The position numbers and the translations under genes are program-made. Source: Lama guanicoe (lineage: Eukaryota). From it: 64,000 bases of DNA. Every line of letters begins with the position of its first letter. Within the stretch, counting starts at the first letter, position 1. This document shows positions 1 through 12,600 of the stretch, piece after piece. The notes beneath the pieces are model-generated. The model was not told the DNA's origin and did not search any database. It saw only the letters and a program-made list of their open reading frames with translations. The DNA lies in assembly GCA_013239625.1 (NCBI GenBank), contig MU053504.1, positions 1 to 64,000 of the forward strand, in the 5' to 3' direction.

Positions 1-150
1 CCTTAGTTTCCCCATCTGTAAAATGGGAATAATAGTACTATCTACCTCACGGAGTTACTGTGAGAATGAAATGGGTGGATATACTTAGGCAGCTCATAGA
101 ACAGTGCCTGGCATTGGTAAGGGCTCAGCAAAAGCCTGGATGCTACTGTC
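1..150. mobile_element. MIR fragment (representative of dozens of MIR/L2 fragments in the window)
   Basis: MIR core ccttagtttccccatctgtaaaatgggaataatagtac..acagtgcctggca. Confidence 0.85.
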
Positions 151-1148
151 ATAATGATCCTACTGCTCTTTGTCTGGTGGTTGTTAGTTTTCTCCTGACT
201 TGGGTTGGACATTCGTGACTGCAGGGATCAGATCTCGTTTGAGGTCCTTTTCCTTGCCCAGCATCAAACTCAGACCCAGGTGCACAGGAGATGCTCCATT
301 GTTGTTCTTTAATTCACGAGTGATGAAAAAAGGCACGGGTGAATGACTCATCTACAACAGCCAAGATCCAAACCCAGGCAGCCTTTTGATTCTCAGACCC
401 ATGGTCTTTCTGTAAGCCACACATCCTCCAAAAACACAACCACCTGTTGTAATGGCAGCAATGGTAAAGCCCTCCCCACCCTTGAGTTCTATTGGAATTT
501 TCTGCTGTAAATAAATGAAGGCAATTTGTTACTGTGGGTTTTAAAGTAATCACCATCCTCCCTCCCTTGTTATATCCATGCATACTTATTACAAAAAATT
601 AGGAAATACAGAAAAGCAAAACAGAAGAAAATGGAAATTACCCATCATCCCACCACTCAGAGGTAACAATTTATACCATTTTGATATTTATCATTCCAGT
701 TGCTTTAAAAAAAAATTAAATGTAGTTCATTCTACTTTTTACACCCGCTAGCTGCTAGCACATACAGTTTACAAATAAACAAAAATGACCTACCCTCCCA
801 CTACACTTGTTGAGAACTGATGCTTTTTTGCATAACAATGGGTTTTTTCCTGTCCCAAAAATGGAATTGGATTACCAACTGCGGAAAAATACCATCTTAA
901 ACCCACAGTCAGCTCTATGTGGATTTAGGGAAATGCATGCCTTATATCTAAGAAACCAAACAGAATCAGATGCTTCCTGCAGGCAAACAGGCACTGAAAG
1001 TCCCCCATAAAATCCACAGCAGCTGAGATCCCAGGGGATCACACACAGTTTTTATACCTGAATCTTTTTTCCTTACTACAATAGTGACAAAAGGTCAATA
1101 AAGAAAGAGTGCAAAATAATGATAAGCAAATAGAAAAAAGCAAGAATG

Positions 1149-1320
1149 AGGGAGGAGGGCACAGCTCAAGTGGTAGAGCACATGCCTAGCATGCATGGGG
1201 CCCTGGGTTCAATCCCCAGTGCCTCCTCCAAAAATAAGTGCATAAATAAGTAAACGTAATCACCTCCGTCCAAAAAGGTTTTAAAAATAAAAAAATTTAA
1301 AAACCCCAAAAAACTAAAAA
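1149..1320 (+). mobile_element. tRNA-derived SINE (camelid Vic-1-like)
   Basis: Head ..cagctcaagtggtagagcacatgcctagcatgca..ccctgggttcaatccccagt with A/B-box-like motifs and an A-rich tail. Confidence 0.85.
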
Positions 1321-3171
1321 ATGCCTACAGGACCACTAACACAACCATAACCACTGTCACATCTCTGCTTTGTATCTTTCCAGATCTCTTCTTGTGCATC
1401 TTCTTTACATACCCAGAGTCAGTCATATTTTTAAAATTTAATGAGACCCCATAATACATACAGATTTACACTCTGCCTCTTCCTTTATTCCCCTATGTCC
1501 ACAAACAGCTTTCTTTAGTACCCCTTTAATTGTATGGATGTTTTCCAATGTTCCTAGACTGGTCCTTCCTGATCTGGGGACACTTTAGCTAATTCCAGTT
1601 TGTAGTGATTACAAACACTGCTGAAATTATCATCTTCAGCACTCACTATCTGCAGCTCCCCCAGTCTGTTTCCACAGATGCATTTCAAGGGGGGAAGCTG
1701 GCAGGGTGGAAGCCATTAGGGCTCCTCCTTCATGCTACTCACAGTGCACCAGCAAGGTCATTTCCAAGTCTGCCCAAGAATGAGATGGCCTGTTTCTTTG
1801 CCCCCTAACCTACCCTGTGCATTTGCTCTTTGTTAGATGGCATGTTGGTTTTAAAATCTTTTTCAAGAAAACTTGAAATGTTTACTTAACACATTCATGG
1901 AAGCACCGAGACTACCCAAAACTACAGAGCTGGCTGCAGCCTTCATGCCGTGGAGAGTGGAGAACTTGCATTGGGGAGAGGGTCACCTCCCCGCAGTGTC
2001 TCTGCCATGAATTCATTTCTAAAAGAAGGAATAAGGCCCTGGAGAGTTATGGGCACGTGTATGGGCCGTTGCTGCCTGGAGACATCCTCTCTCATCCTCA
2101 GTGAACCAGAGCCCCTCAGCTAGAGAGATGGTATGAGGTCCCACTTGTCTGGTTGAGTGAGTTTCTGGGATTAAATTAGAAAGCAAAGAGCTGAGTTAGA
2201 GCCAAAGACAGGGATCCCCTGGGGTCAGCCATGTGTCCCTTCACAATTCAGCCAACCTTTATTAAGTGTTTACTGGCACTGTTCCTGGGGCTGGAGTCCT
2301 CAGGAACATGACGTTTGATCATCTTCCCTCCTCACTCTCTGACCCTTCCACAGCTCCCCAGCACCTTTTGGATGAAGCCCCAACACTGCCAAACCTTCAA
2401 GGCCCCAAGTGATGCTGCCCCTGTCCAGCCTCACAGCATCACTTCCTCACCAGCCACACATGGACGCCAACATTTTGGGGTCCTTGAGTCCTTTGCACAT
2501 GCTGTTCCCTCTTCTCAAAATGGCAGCTTTTCACCCCGTGAAATTCCACTCATCCTTCCAGACATGTCTTAAATATCCCTTCCTTGGAAAAGGTTTCCCT
2601 GATACCTAGATTCCTGCAGATGAAACCAGTCCTCCCCATTTTTTTGCTTAATACCTTTCCATGTCAGGACCTAGGACATTTGTATCTAACTCATTAAGAG
2701 GGCAATCATCTAGTTGGCATCTGTCTCCTCACAAAGCATAAGCTCCAGGAGAGCAGGGACCACACCTACCCTGCCCTCACCAAGTCCCCAGGCTCCCATA
2801 CACAGCACGTGCTCATTGGCTACTTGGTGCGTTAACAGATGGATAAGGATGAGTGCTGCAATGTCCTCATGTTCAAGCCTTTGAGAGGTAAAGAGACACA
2901 CAGCACCAAGATGAGAACCCCTGTTTCTGTCTAGAGGAGCATAAGAAGGAAGCTCTCTGACCCTTTTAGATGGCTTCAGTAAGAAGGACCCCTGAGATGT
3001 CCAAAAGATTGGCCTCAAGGCCTGGCTGTTTCTGCACATGCAAGTACTGCTCCTTTGATGTGCTGTGAGTGGGTTTCATGGGAATGTGTGTGCTCAGCTT
3101 GGGGAATCCAGCAGAAATGAAGCATTTAGAGGGAATAGAGCTTTAGAATCTTATAAAGGGCATTGATTAAA

Positions 3172-3720
3172 GGTATAGACTTAGTAAAGTTACTTGCTAC
3201 CTCGTAGATTATTTTTTTCTGCTTAAAGAGGTAACTTCTGTTCAGTAAGAAAAGATAACTTGGAAGATTTTGGTTTACTACCTTACCAGATTTTGTATCT
3301 AACCAGGCAATCATACCCTCATATTCCTGTACTGAATTGCCTACAAATATCTAGCTCCTCAAATGCTCTTGGGCCTGATTTTAACCTTTTCCTGATTCCC
3401 TCATTAATTAATCAATCTTTGACATGAACTCATTTTATATTCACAGGAGAGTCAATGATTTTGCCTTTTGGAAAATAATACTTTAACTGTTCACACTGGG
3501 AAGAAAAGGGGAAGCAAAACACAATCTCCAGCCCATCATCACAGTTCTCATGAAGTACATCTGTGTCTTAAAAGATAAAGTCCATCATCTGAAGTGTGTT
3601 TGCCATTGTCAGAAATAATGAAGTGTGTTATGTTCAGATAGAGCAGTTGCTTCTATACAGCAGCTGCTTAGAAGTGTCTAGATTGGCGTCAGCGCAGCCG
3701 GTGGCTTTGCCCATTGTGAG
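3172..3720 (+). pseudogene. TSPN/laminin-G-like N-terminal domain remnant of the collagen pseudogene
   Basis: aag|GT ATA GAC gives GIDLVKLL (3172). Then ELPTNI*L / NALGPDFNLFL (3334-3394), HRRVNDFAF..LFTL..HNLQ (from 3442), and KVHHLKC / FAIVRNNEV / MF (about 3577-3635). These parallel recalled COL24A1 motifs GIDILHQL, ETPFVKILPVNLGQPF, SHRVNNAFLF..RLQ and SVHDEQWHSFAITIRNQSVSMF in the same order. Confidence 0.7.
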
Positions 3721-4965
3721 AGGCGGGGGTGCTTGTCCAAAGGACAATGGGCCTCTCTGATCTTCCACCCCAGCGGGCACCCACAGCTGTCCAGGACGGA
3801 CAGCAACAGACTAGTTCTAGAGACATGGCTTACGGCCTGCAGCCTTCAGAGCAGCAGCCCACCCTAAAGGACGTAAACTCCCAGCAAAGGAAAGTCCTCA
3901 CTCAGCTGCTATAATGTGAGTCCCTTCAGAGTAGTATTTCATTGAAATTGGCAAGAGGTGTTTCTGGACACCTTGTGCAATCAGCTAATGTCTCAGAGTT
4001 TTAAGAAGAAAGACCGTCAAAAATTTGTGTTATAAAACAAAGACATGTGAGACATCTTGGGGAGTTCCTCTCCCAGAAAAGGGAGGCAACAGTGGACTAT
4101 ACTGAATGGGGAACTGCTTTGTGTTGGGTGCTCTGAAGTCATTATACCACGTAATTCTCAGATGCCTCAGAGGAAGGTTTTCTTATCCTCATTTTACAGA
4201 TGAGGAAACTGAGGGTCAGAGAGAGCAAATGACTTGCCCAAGGTCACTTGGACCCTTAAGTGCTCTCTTCACATCCATTACTGTACCCTTCCTCTTAAAA
4301 GCCATTCCCCAGACTCCAGCCAGAATGATATATGTATATACATAAATCAGACTGCGTTGGTCTCTTGTTTGAGGCTTTCAGTTGCTTAGAGCCGCACTTA
4401 GAGCAAAACAAATTCCCTACCTGACGGCCCCACCTGCTCAGCCTCCGGGCCGCTACTCCTCCCGGGAATTTCCCTCCAGCTGCATCGTTCCCTGCTTCTC
4501 TCTGATGCACTAAGGAAGGCATCTCCTTCACCGCAGGACCTGTGCCCTCCCTATTCCCCCTGCCCGGAACACTCCTCCGCCAGGTCATTGCCTGACTGAC
4601 TCCCCCTTCAGATCGCATCTCGAAGCACCTCCCTGAGCAGGCAGGCGCACGCAAGGCCGGGCTCCTCCTCCTCCCCGCGCGGCCACCCCGGACTTGGACC
4701 TGAGGCTCCTCAAGACACGCTGAAGAAGGACTGCAGCTGGGGGCCAGCCGGGCCGGGCAGGCTGGCGGTGCGGGGAGGACAAGGGACAGCAGCCACGGCA
4801 AAGGTGCATCGTGCGCCTCCGCGCCCGGCCATGCGCCCTGGCTCTCCAGACAACGGAAGGATGCGACCGACGGGGCACTGCTCAGCGTCCTGATAATAAT
4901 TGCGATTGTCGCTGAGGCCACCGCCAAGTTATTTTGAAGAGGGTGTGTTTTGTTTTTTAAACACT

Positions 4966-5079
4966 TTTTTGGGATGGGTGTTAGGTTTATTTATTTATTT
5001 TAATGGAGGTGCTGGAGTTGAACCCAGGGCCGCGTGCGCGCTAAGCACACGCTCTACTGCTCAGCTTTACCCTCCCTCC
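4966..5079 (-). mobile_element. tRNA-derived SINE (Vic-1-like)
   Basis: Reverse-complement copy of the same SINE (ggagttgaacccaggg..ctaagcacacgctctactgctcagct). Confidence 0.85.
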
Positions 5080-8000
5080 TTGGATTGGGGGTGAGTGTGG
5101 AAATGTTTGTGTAGATATTTAAGAGATGAAGGGGGATGTACGTTTGTACTTTTATTCTCTTTGGTCACAAACGCAGTTAGAATCGAGGTACAACGGAAAA
5201 AACCTTCTTAACCAGTTAACATCTTCATACATCAGCTGGAAGGAGGGAAAGGAAAACACATAAGCATTTGGAAGGAAGAAGGGGAAGAGCTTAAGGAAAC
5301 ATAGGCAAAGAATAAGAGACTCCCTCTCTGGAAGATGCTCACACAAGGTCCAGATGCAATGTGCTAATCGATACTGCATCAGCAATGAGCCACAGGAGTA
5401 ATTACTTAGCTCCATTTATTCACTCATTCATTCATTCATCAGGATTGTATTGAGCAGCTGCTGCATGCTCAGAGCTCTGCTGGAGACAGAGTGGTGAACA
5501 AAACAGTTCCTGATCTCACGCCAGTGTACATTCTAGTGAATGAGACACACTCCAACCAAATCAGAAATAAATATAGGGTTTCTAGTGTGATGGAGGAAAA
5601 TACAGAAAGTTATGAGAAATTATGAGTGCAGTTGGGACGTGGTGATAGAGGAGGGCTTAGGGAAATTTCCTGCAAGAAAGGGGCCATGGAAATTGCGGTC
5701 TAGGGGAGAGTGAATTTTAGCCAGATCAAGAAAGGGGGAGAAAGCATCTAGACAGAGGAAGAGAAATGTGAGGGCAGGAGGCAAGGAGAGAGTGAATCTG
5801 TGTGTCTGTGTGTGAAGTACCTGGGGCTGGGGGAGCTGAAAAATGACCAGGTTGTTTGGAGAGAAGTCAACAAAAACCCAAGGCTTGATTTCTGGATTGA
5901 TCAGTTTTTACATCTGATTGTGTGTAGAAAGGAGATTGGACGGAACCAGTGTGAAAGAGTCACCAAAGCCAGTTGCACAGAGCAAGTGGGAAATACCCGT
6001 GGCTCAAGTAAGGGTGGAGATTGGCTGTAGGAAACTGTAGGGAGGAGCTGGTGAAGGATTGCTTGCAACCCTTGAGGTGAATCTTGAAAGAAAAGCAGGA
6101 CTATAACTGCCACACAAGGGAGGAAGGAGGCACGATGGGCCAAGGGAGTAAGATGCAGAGAGGTTTGGTTCTCCTGCTTTGTCTTCTGCAGCGACAGGAA
6201 GAGCCAGTGGCAGCAGGTACAGTTGTAAGCAGAACCAGATTAGATGGGCCTGTACAAATGCCACCTGCTGAAACCTCTGTTCTGTGCTTCTTCATTGTTC
6301 CTACGACCAGGATGGCAGTCCCCTCTCTAGACCGGGAGAATGGGCACAGCTCCTCGGTGGTTGCCCCGTGCTGGCTCGCCAGGAGCCTGGCCTGCCTTTC
6401 TGCCTTACTTTCCATTTTTATTCAGTTCACTTGACAGAGTAAAGCTGCAGAAACTGAGTGTTTAAGCTGGTTGGGGGGCTTCACCTGCTGTGTTGGCCTC
6501 ATTTTAGAGCTTTATGGTGCCTAAAGTTAGGAGAGGCTAAGATCATGCAGTAGCAGGCAATAGGATGGGAATTCAGCCTTGAGCCTGTCTGACTGTAAAG
6601 CATGCTCTTGCCGGCTCACGCCACAGCCTCCCCAAGTCCAAGTCAGTTTCTTACTCTTATCTGCTAAATACAAGGAAACTTAGAAGGAGCTGGTTTAAGG
6701 ACATTTATAGGCAGCAGCAGCAAACTCATATGACTACAGAAGCCAGGCAAGAAATATAGAAAAGTGAGGCAGGCCAGGTGTAAGACATTTGGGAGTGGTG
6801 GAGACTGTGGCACACTCAGGCAGATTTTAAAAGATAACTACTTGGGCCAAATGATGTACTCTGCTGCTGAATCCAGCCCACTGCTGGGTCTTAGAGGCCT
6901 CATCCCTGTTTCCTTTGCAAACCAGAGGTTAGTAGGTGGGGGTGCTGGAGCATTTCTGCTCAATGCAGGACCCCTCTAATGGGCAATCTGCTCTGAAGCA
7001 CCCCATGATATTATCCAAGACTGTGTGCAAGCCACTCACAGTTTGAGGCTCTCTGTTCTCTCCTGCTGACTTCCCTCTTTCCTTTCCCAAGGGTCAGATC
7101 AGCATTATAGCCAATCCTGCTTCCTCCTCACTTTATCTTTCACAAGTGATATCCCCACCTCCCAGACCCTTGTACTCCCAAAATTAGAGAATTACTGGTC
7201 AGCAGATAGGAAAACATAGATCCTGAGATGGTTTCCATCAAAGGAGCTAGAAAATCATCCTTTCCTTGAGAAGATAAATCATACAGTGAGGTCACCAACT
7301 CACAGCAGGAAGTAGTAATTATATAAGTACCCCAAAAAGGAAGAGATAGAGATTGTAAAAGTGGGAGGAACCTTGAGCAGCAAGTGGTCACTGGGCCCCT
7401 GCTCTGTACAATGTCGCAGAACCCCATTAACAAGATGGGTATTTTTCTTCTCCTAAAATCCTTCTTTAAAAGCATCCATGTTTTGCATTTTAGCTTCCTT
7501 CTCACAGATCCCATGACTTACTTCCAAGAACTCTTAGTTACTTTTAGGAGGAGGGTGATGGAAAGGTTTATATCTCCCCTCTGAGGGCCATGAGAGAGAA
7601 TAGTTATCCATAAGCCATGATTTTTTTTTTTAAAAAGCATACACTGTAAATCTTTCAAATCCTTTGATGTATGGGCAAAGTGAATCCCTGCAGTTCGTGA
7701 AGGCTATCCCTGGATGGAGGAACTTTTACTTTGAGATCAAGTGAAATATTCTCTTGTACATCTTTGTAAGGTGGCTGCACCCAGACTCAGAACATCAGGA
7801 GGAAATGCAGAATGGAGAAAGCTCTTTGATCATCTTTACAGACAATGGTCTCCCCTTCAGTGTACTTGGAAAGTACTTTGTGTAAATACACAACTAGGCT
7901 TAGGAAGGATCAAAGCGGAGAGAAGGGTGCTATCTGTTGGCTTGTGAATGTTAATTTTAAAGCACATTAGGTTTAAAAAAGGGGGGGTGGGGTGGGGAGG

Positions 8001-8576
8001 GAGAGAAAGAAAGTTTCCAAGAACATAACAAAAATCCCCTCACCACCTCCATTTTTCCCACCCACATTCTCCAAAAAGGGAAGAAGGACAGAGGGAGATG
8101 TAGAACCGTGAGGAAGAAACAAAGTAACCATGTGACACTTATTTTGTTCACATTCTGGGAGGTAAACTCTGGAGGATGAGAGGGGGTGGGCATGCTTTTA
8201 AAGGAGTCACAGCAAAGACGATCCGGAAAGGAGCTCCACGTTGTAACCCTCATGTAGCAATGCAGACTTCTTACACATCAGTGTGTCTCAGCTTATACTA
8301 AGTTCTTATAATTAACCAAAGAGAAGTGTTTGGACACCTGGGCGAGACTGGAGGGCCTCCCACAAGGGGACTCTTTGCAAGACCAGGAATTAGGGTGAGC
8401 AACCCCTGGACTCCACAGCTGTGCGTTGCATTTGTATTACATCCAGGAAGGCACTTAGGTAACCGTTTGCTAATTTCCTTCCACTTGGAGTTGTGGTAGG
8501 AGGTCTACATCTGAGATGGGAACACCAGGCCACCAGGCCACCTCCTCTTTCTCTTCTCTAAGTTATCCTAACTTTT

Positions 8577-8898
8577 NNNNNNNNNNNNNNNNNNNNNNNN
8601 NNNNNNNNNNNNNNNNNNNNNNNNNNNNNNNNNNNNNNNNNNNNNNNNNNNNNNNNNNNNNNNNNNNNNNNNNNNNNNNNNNNNNNNNNNNNNNNNNNNN
8701 NNNNNNNNNNNNNNNNNNNNNNNNNNNNNNNNNNNNNNNNNNNNNNNNNNNNNNNNNNNNNNNNNNNNNNNNNNNNNNNNNNNNNNNNNNNNNNNNNNNN
8801 NNNNNNNNNNNNNNNNNNNNNNNNNNNNNNNNNNNNNNNNNNNNNNNNNNNNNNNNNNNNNNNNNNNNNNNNNNNNNNNNNNNNNNNNNNNNNNNNNN
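8577..8898. other. Assembly gap (322 N)
   Basis: Run of n characters. Confidence 1.
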
Positions 8899-9446
8899 GG
8901 GGATGAAGAAAAAGAAGACAGGGTCATAGACAGAAAGTAGGGCCGGAGCTCCCTGGTGACTACAGTCATGGAAGACTCCCCAGAGGAGGAGGCATTTGGA
9001 CAGATGTCTGACTGAAGTGAAGTAGCGAGCCAGATCTGGGGGGAGGAGCATTCTAGGCAAAGGGAACAGCAAATACCAAAGCCCTGAAGTAAGAATGTGC
9101 TTGGTGTGTTCGAGAAACAAAGGTCAAACTAGCAGGGAGTGCGGGAGTGAAAGGAGAGGGAAGACTGTAAGAAGTCTGGCTTTAACCCCAAACGTAGCAG
9201 GGAGAAAATTTGAAGTTTTTCACTGGGGAAGCTCTCCTTTGTCGTGTGTCCTTGCACGTGGGAAAAGTGGGTAAGCACACTCTAAAGCGCCCTCCTGTCT
9301 ATGACTGTGGTCTGTGTCGTTACCCTGGAAAGAGTCCTTCCTGCTGGCATGAAAACGGGGTAGTGAAGACAGGCTGTAGTTCCCCAAAGTAACACTAGGT
9401 GGCGACTCTGGGTCGTGTTTCTAACTTGCGGATTATTGATTACAGA

Positions 9447-9635
9447 GCGCTGGTTCCCAATCTCGTGCCTCACCAGAATCGCCTGGGGGGCTTGTTAAAC
9501 CCCAGATTGCTGAGTCCCACTCTCAGAGGGTTTGATCTGTAGGTTTGGGGTGGGTCCCAGGAATCTGCATTTCTAACAAGTTCCAGGTGATGCTGATGCT
9601 GCTGGTTCAGGGACCTCCCTGTGAAAACCCCTAGA
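9447..9635. mobile_element. MER5A-like hAT MITE
   Basis: cagaatcgcctgggggg..gggtcccaggaatctgcatttctaacaagttccaggtgatgctgatgctgctgg. A second fragment lies at about 49590-49710. Confidence 0.8.
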
Positions 9636-12600
9636 TGGAGCCCTGAGATAGAAACCAGGACCAATTCCTTCATCTCACAGGTGGAGTGACGGAGGTTCTG
9701 ACCAAAACACTCCAGTATCTTCCCATCATAGTTGGAATTAAATCTCGGTCTCTTACCACATCCTCCCTCCACCGCCTCCATGATTCAGGTCCTGGTTTCT
9801 TTCCTCGCCTCATCTCCCGCACTTTCTAAACAGTGACCACTCTCTTTCTCTCCATTCCTTAAAGCTAGTTCCCACATCAGGGCCTTTGCACAGGCTGAGC
9901 CTCTCACCTGGGATGGCTTTCCTGCAACCTCCTCATTGGCTGGCATCCTCTCATTCCTCATACCTCTACCTGAAAGTCATCATTCAGGGAGGCTTCCCTC
10001 TGCTGGCTAGGAAGCTGACAGCCCTGCTGGTGTTCATCCCTGTTCTCTTCCTTTTGTGTGTTTGTGGTGGTGTGTAATTATTTAGCTTCTGTCTTGGTTA
10101 CTTGTCTCCTGACTAGATTCTAGGCCCTTGAAGGCAGGGACTGGGCCTGTCTTGCTTTCTGTTTTGCCTTAAGTTCCCAGGACTGTGCTTGGCAGCAAGT
10201 AGGCCCCCAGGAAATAGTTGTTGAGTAAATAAAACTAAAGACTTTCCCAGGCTCTACCAGAGAGCCAGTGGGTGAGCGGGGACTCCATGTAAGTATCCTT
10301 TAGGTTACACGTGGATTGTGTGATTGTGTAATGTTCAGAATCACCTTGTCCTAGTCCCAGCACTGACATTCAGAATATTCTGAAAGGAAATAAAGATGAA
10401 TAACATAATGTTTATAAATAGTTTACAGTCTTTTGAGTGGTGTAGCTTGCTGTCTACCTCATTTGCTTAGCAGAGGGGCTGCTGGGAGGGACTCCCTGGA
10501 GTTCGGGGCTTGGTGGGCAGAAACATTGCACTAATAATGCGTTTATTAATCCATTCTACCTCCATGACTGCACGGCATCCTCAGGTTTTAAAAAAAGTAT
10601 CCCAGACTTGGTAGTAATGCAGAAGGAGGACTGCATGTCCTTTCGGGAACATGCTGGAACACTGTCAACAGGCCCACCCAAGGGTTATCTAATGCTCTAG
10701 GGAAGGGATCTTTGACTTGTCATTTACTTATTTGTTAGGGTCCAGACTCAGGAAGTTATGTATTCACGTCTAGATTTAAGTTGCAACTGATTTTTGTCCA
10801 GCAGAAAAGATCACCCCAAAGGTTACAATTGTTTTGCCCTGTAGAACATTAGCCAGTTTCACTTTGCAATCATACGTCAGCATTTGTCTTTCGTTGATTA
10901 TAAACATTTCAGACTCTCTTACACTCTTTGAACCAGTTTCACAGTCCTACTTATCATTTCAATGATAATGAATTACATATAATTTTGGCACATGCTTACT
11001 TTTTATTTGTATGAGAGCTGTGTGTTTAACTTAAAAAAAAATTAAGCTTTGGGGACCAGCGCCATCTTTGTTAGAGGGGCTGATCGTCCTTGCTTTCTGG
11101 ATGGATCTAGTGAGGCTCAGAGAGGTAGAGTATTTGTCTCCATGAGCAAAAGTGATGAAGCTAGGACGTGACCTTAGGCCGGCCTGACCACAGCGCCCCT
11201 CATCCTTCAGTGATGCCACCCCCATGTGCCCAGTGCTATTCTGGGTGCTTTGTAAACTTCTTCAGATTTAATTCTCACAACTCAACAAATGAAGTGTTAC
11301 TATCATTTGAGAGATGAGGAAACTGAGGGCTGGAGCTGAGAAAGAAGCCACTAGTGGCACTGAACTCTTTGAAGGTCAGCATCAAGAGTTTCAGAGTCAG
11401 ACAGATGTGAGTTTCAGCTCTGGCTCACACGTTTTCTAGCTAGGAGACCTCAAGCGTTTCTCACTGAATTTCTCTGAGCCACAGTTTAAGGTGCGAATAA
11501 GCCCATTTCACATGGTGGCTGTTGGGAATATTTGCAAATAAAACTAGACCCGGGGCCCCCAGGCTCTCAGTGACACCAGCATCTTTTGTTCTGGAATCAG
11601 GAGGGAAAGAGCAGTTGATCTGGCATTGGCTGCTTCCAGGCTGACTGGCATCAGAGGATCCTGGAAGGGTAGGCAGGTGCCTGGGAGAACTGGAGGGAGA
11701 AGCTGCTGAGCAGGAGTGTGGGGGAAGCTCAAAGAGTCCCCAAGGAGCTCAGCTGGGCACAGGTGGAAGGCTGGACAGGGACCCCGTTCAGTCTGCCGGG
11801 CTGTGATGGAGCCTGGGCTGTGGGGTCAGGCAGCCTGAAACTCTGGGCTGCAGTTTCTGGATCTGCAAAATGGAACAATAATGACTCTTCCCTGTTTTGG
11901 ATTATTGGGAGGCCCCTGGGGACAGTGAGCTTAGCTGGAGGTGTGCTGTTCTATATAAAGAAGACAGACCCTTGACTGTAGCCTTTCTGAAACCTGAGGG
12001 GGTTATCAATCATGTAATGATAAGGAGACGATGGTAGGTGACATCTGGGAAAGATTAGGGGCCACTGGGAGGTTTTTCCTTGGAGTTCTGGGCTCACTGG
12101 GTCAGAAACATAGCACAAATATACAACCAAGGGTCATTTGGGGCTCTGCAAATTAGAGAACCCTTCCATTTTGTTGCATTGCATCCTTGTGTTAAGACAA
12201 ATTCTCTGTGTAGAGCACTCTGTTAAGTGCTTGACATGCTTTAGTTTATTCTTCCAGAACATTTGAAGTTGTTGGTGTCTTGACCCCCATTTTTCAGCTG
12301 AGGAAACTGAGGCACAGTGACTGATTAAAACTACACAGCTGGCAAGTGACAGAGTGGGAACTGGAGCACAGACAGCCTCACAAAACAAATCGGAGTCTCA
12401 GAGGCTTTTGGAGGGACCTGAGACTCCTCTGGCCACTCCTGCCTGGCCTGTGTTCCCCTATGTGCCCCTTGGAAGTGTCTGGAGGTGAGGAGAGAGGCCA
12501 GGGTGGGGTCCTGAGCCCAAGGGGGAAGCTTTAGAGCCCAGCCAGGGAAGCAGGGAAGGAGAGGATGGAGGGAGGGCCTTGGTCCCTCCAGAGCAGCTGA

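Larger units (their letters stand above)
8332..10760 (+). pseudogene. First cluster of Gly-X-Y exon remnants
   Basis: 8332-8394 (63 bp) GHL GET GGP PTR GLF ARP GIR|gtgagc. 8502-8543 GLH..M GTP G-PP G-PP (frameshifted). 9309-9354 GLC RYP GKSP/PA GMK. 10251-10288 ..EPV GER GLH|gtaagt. 10475-10515 GAA G/ GLP GVR GLV. 10647-10691 (45 bp) EHA GTL ST GPPK GYL. Confidence 0.78.

Noticed and set aside
1149..1230. tRNA-like sequences with A/B boxes
   Set aside because: These are SINE heads with A-rich tails and target-site duplications, not tRNA genes.
4295..4927. 210-aa minus-strand ORF, or possible CSNK2A1 first exon
   Set aside because: Non-ATG start, partly L2-derived and stop-poor because of GC content. 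It does not resemble the CSNK2A1 5' exon as I recall it.
5150..5260. Minus-strand acceptor + LMYEDVNWLRRFFPLY..* + AATAAA, like a terminal exon
   Set aside because: No partner exons or recognisable homology found, so it cannot be supported without RNA data.
7691..7760. FVKAIPGW..DQV resembling a nuclear-receptor ligand-binding-domain signature
   Set aside because: Short, needs a frameshift and has no flanking similarity; probably chance.
8516..9120. ORFs spanning X runs
   Set aside because: Artefacts of the N gap.
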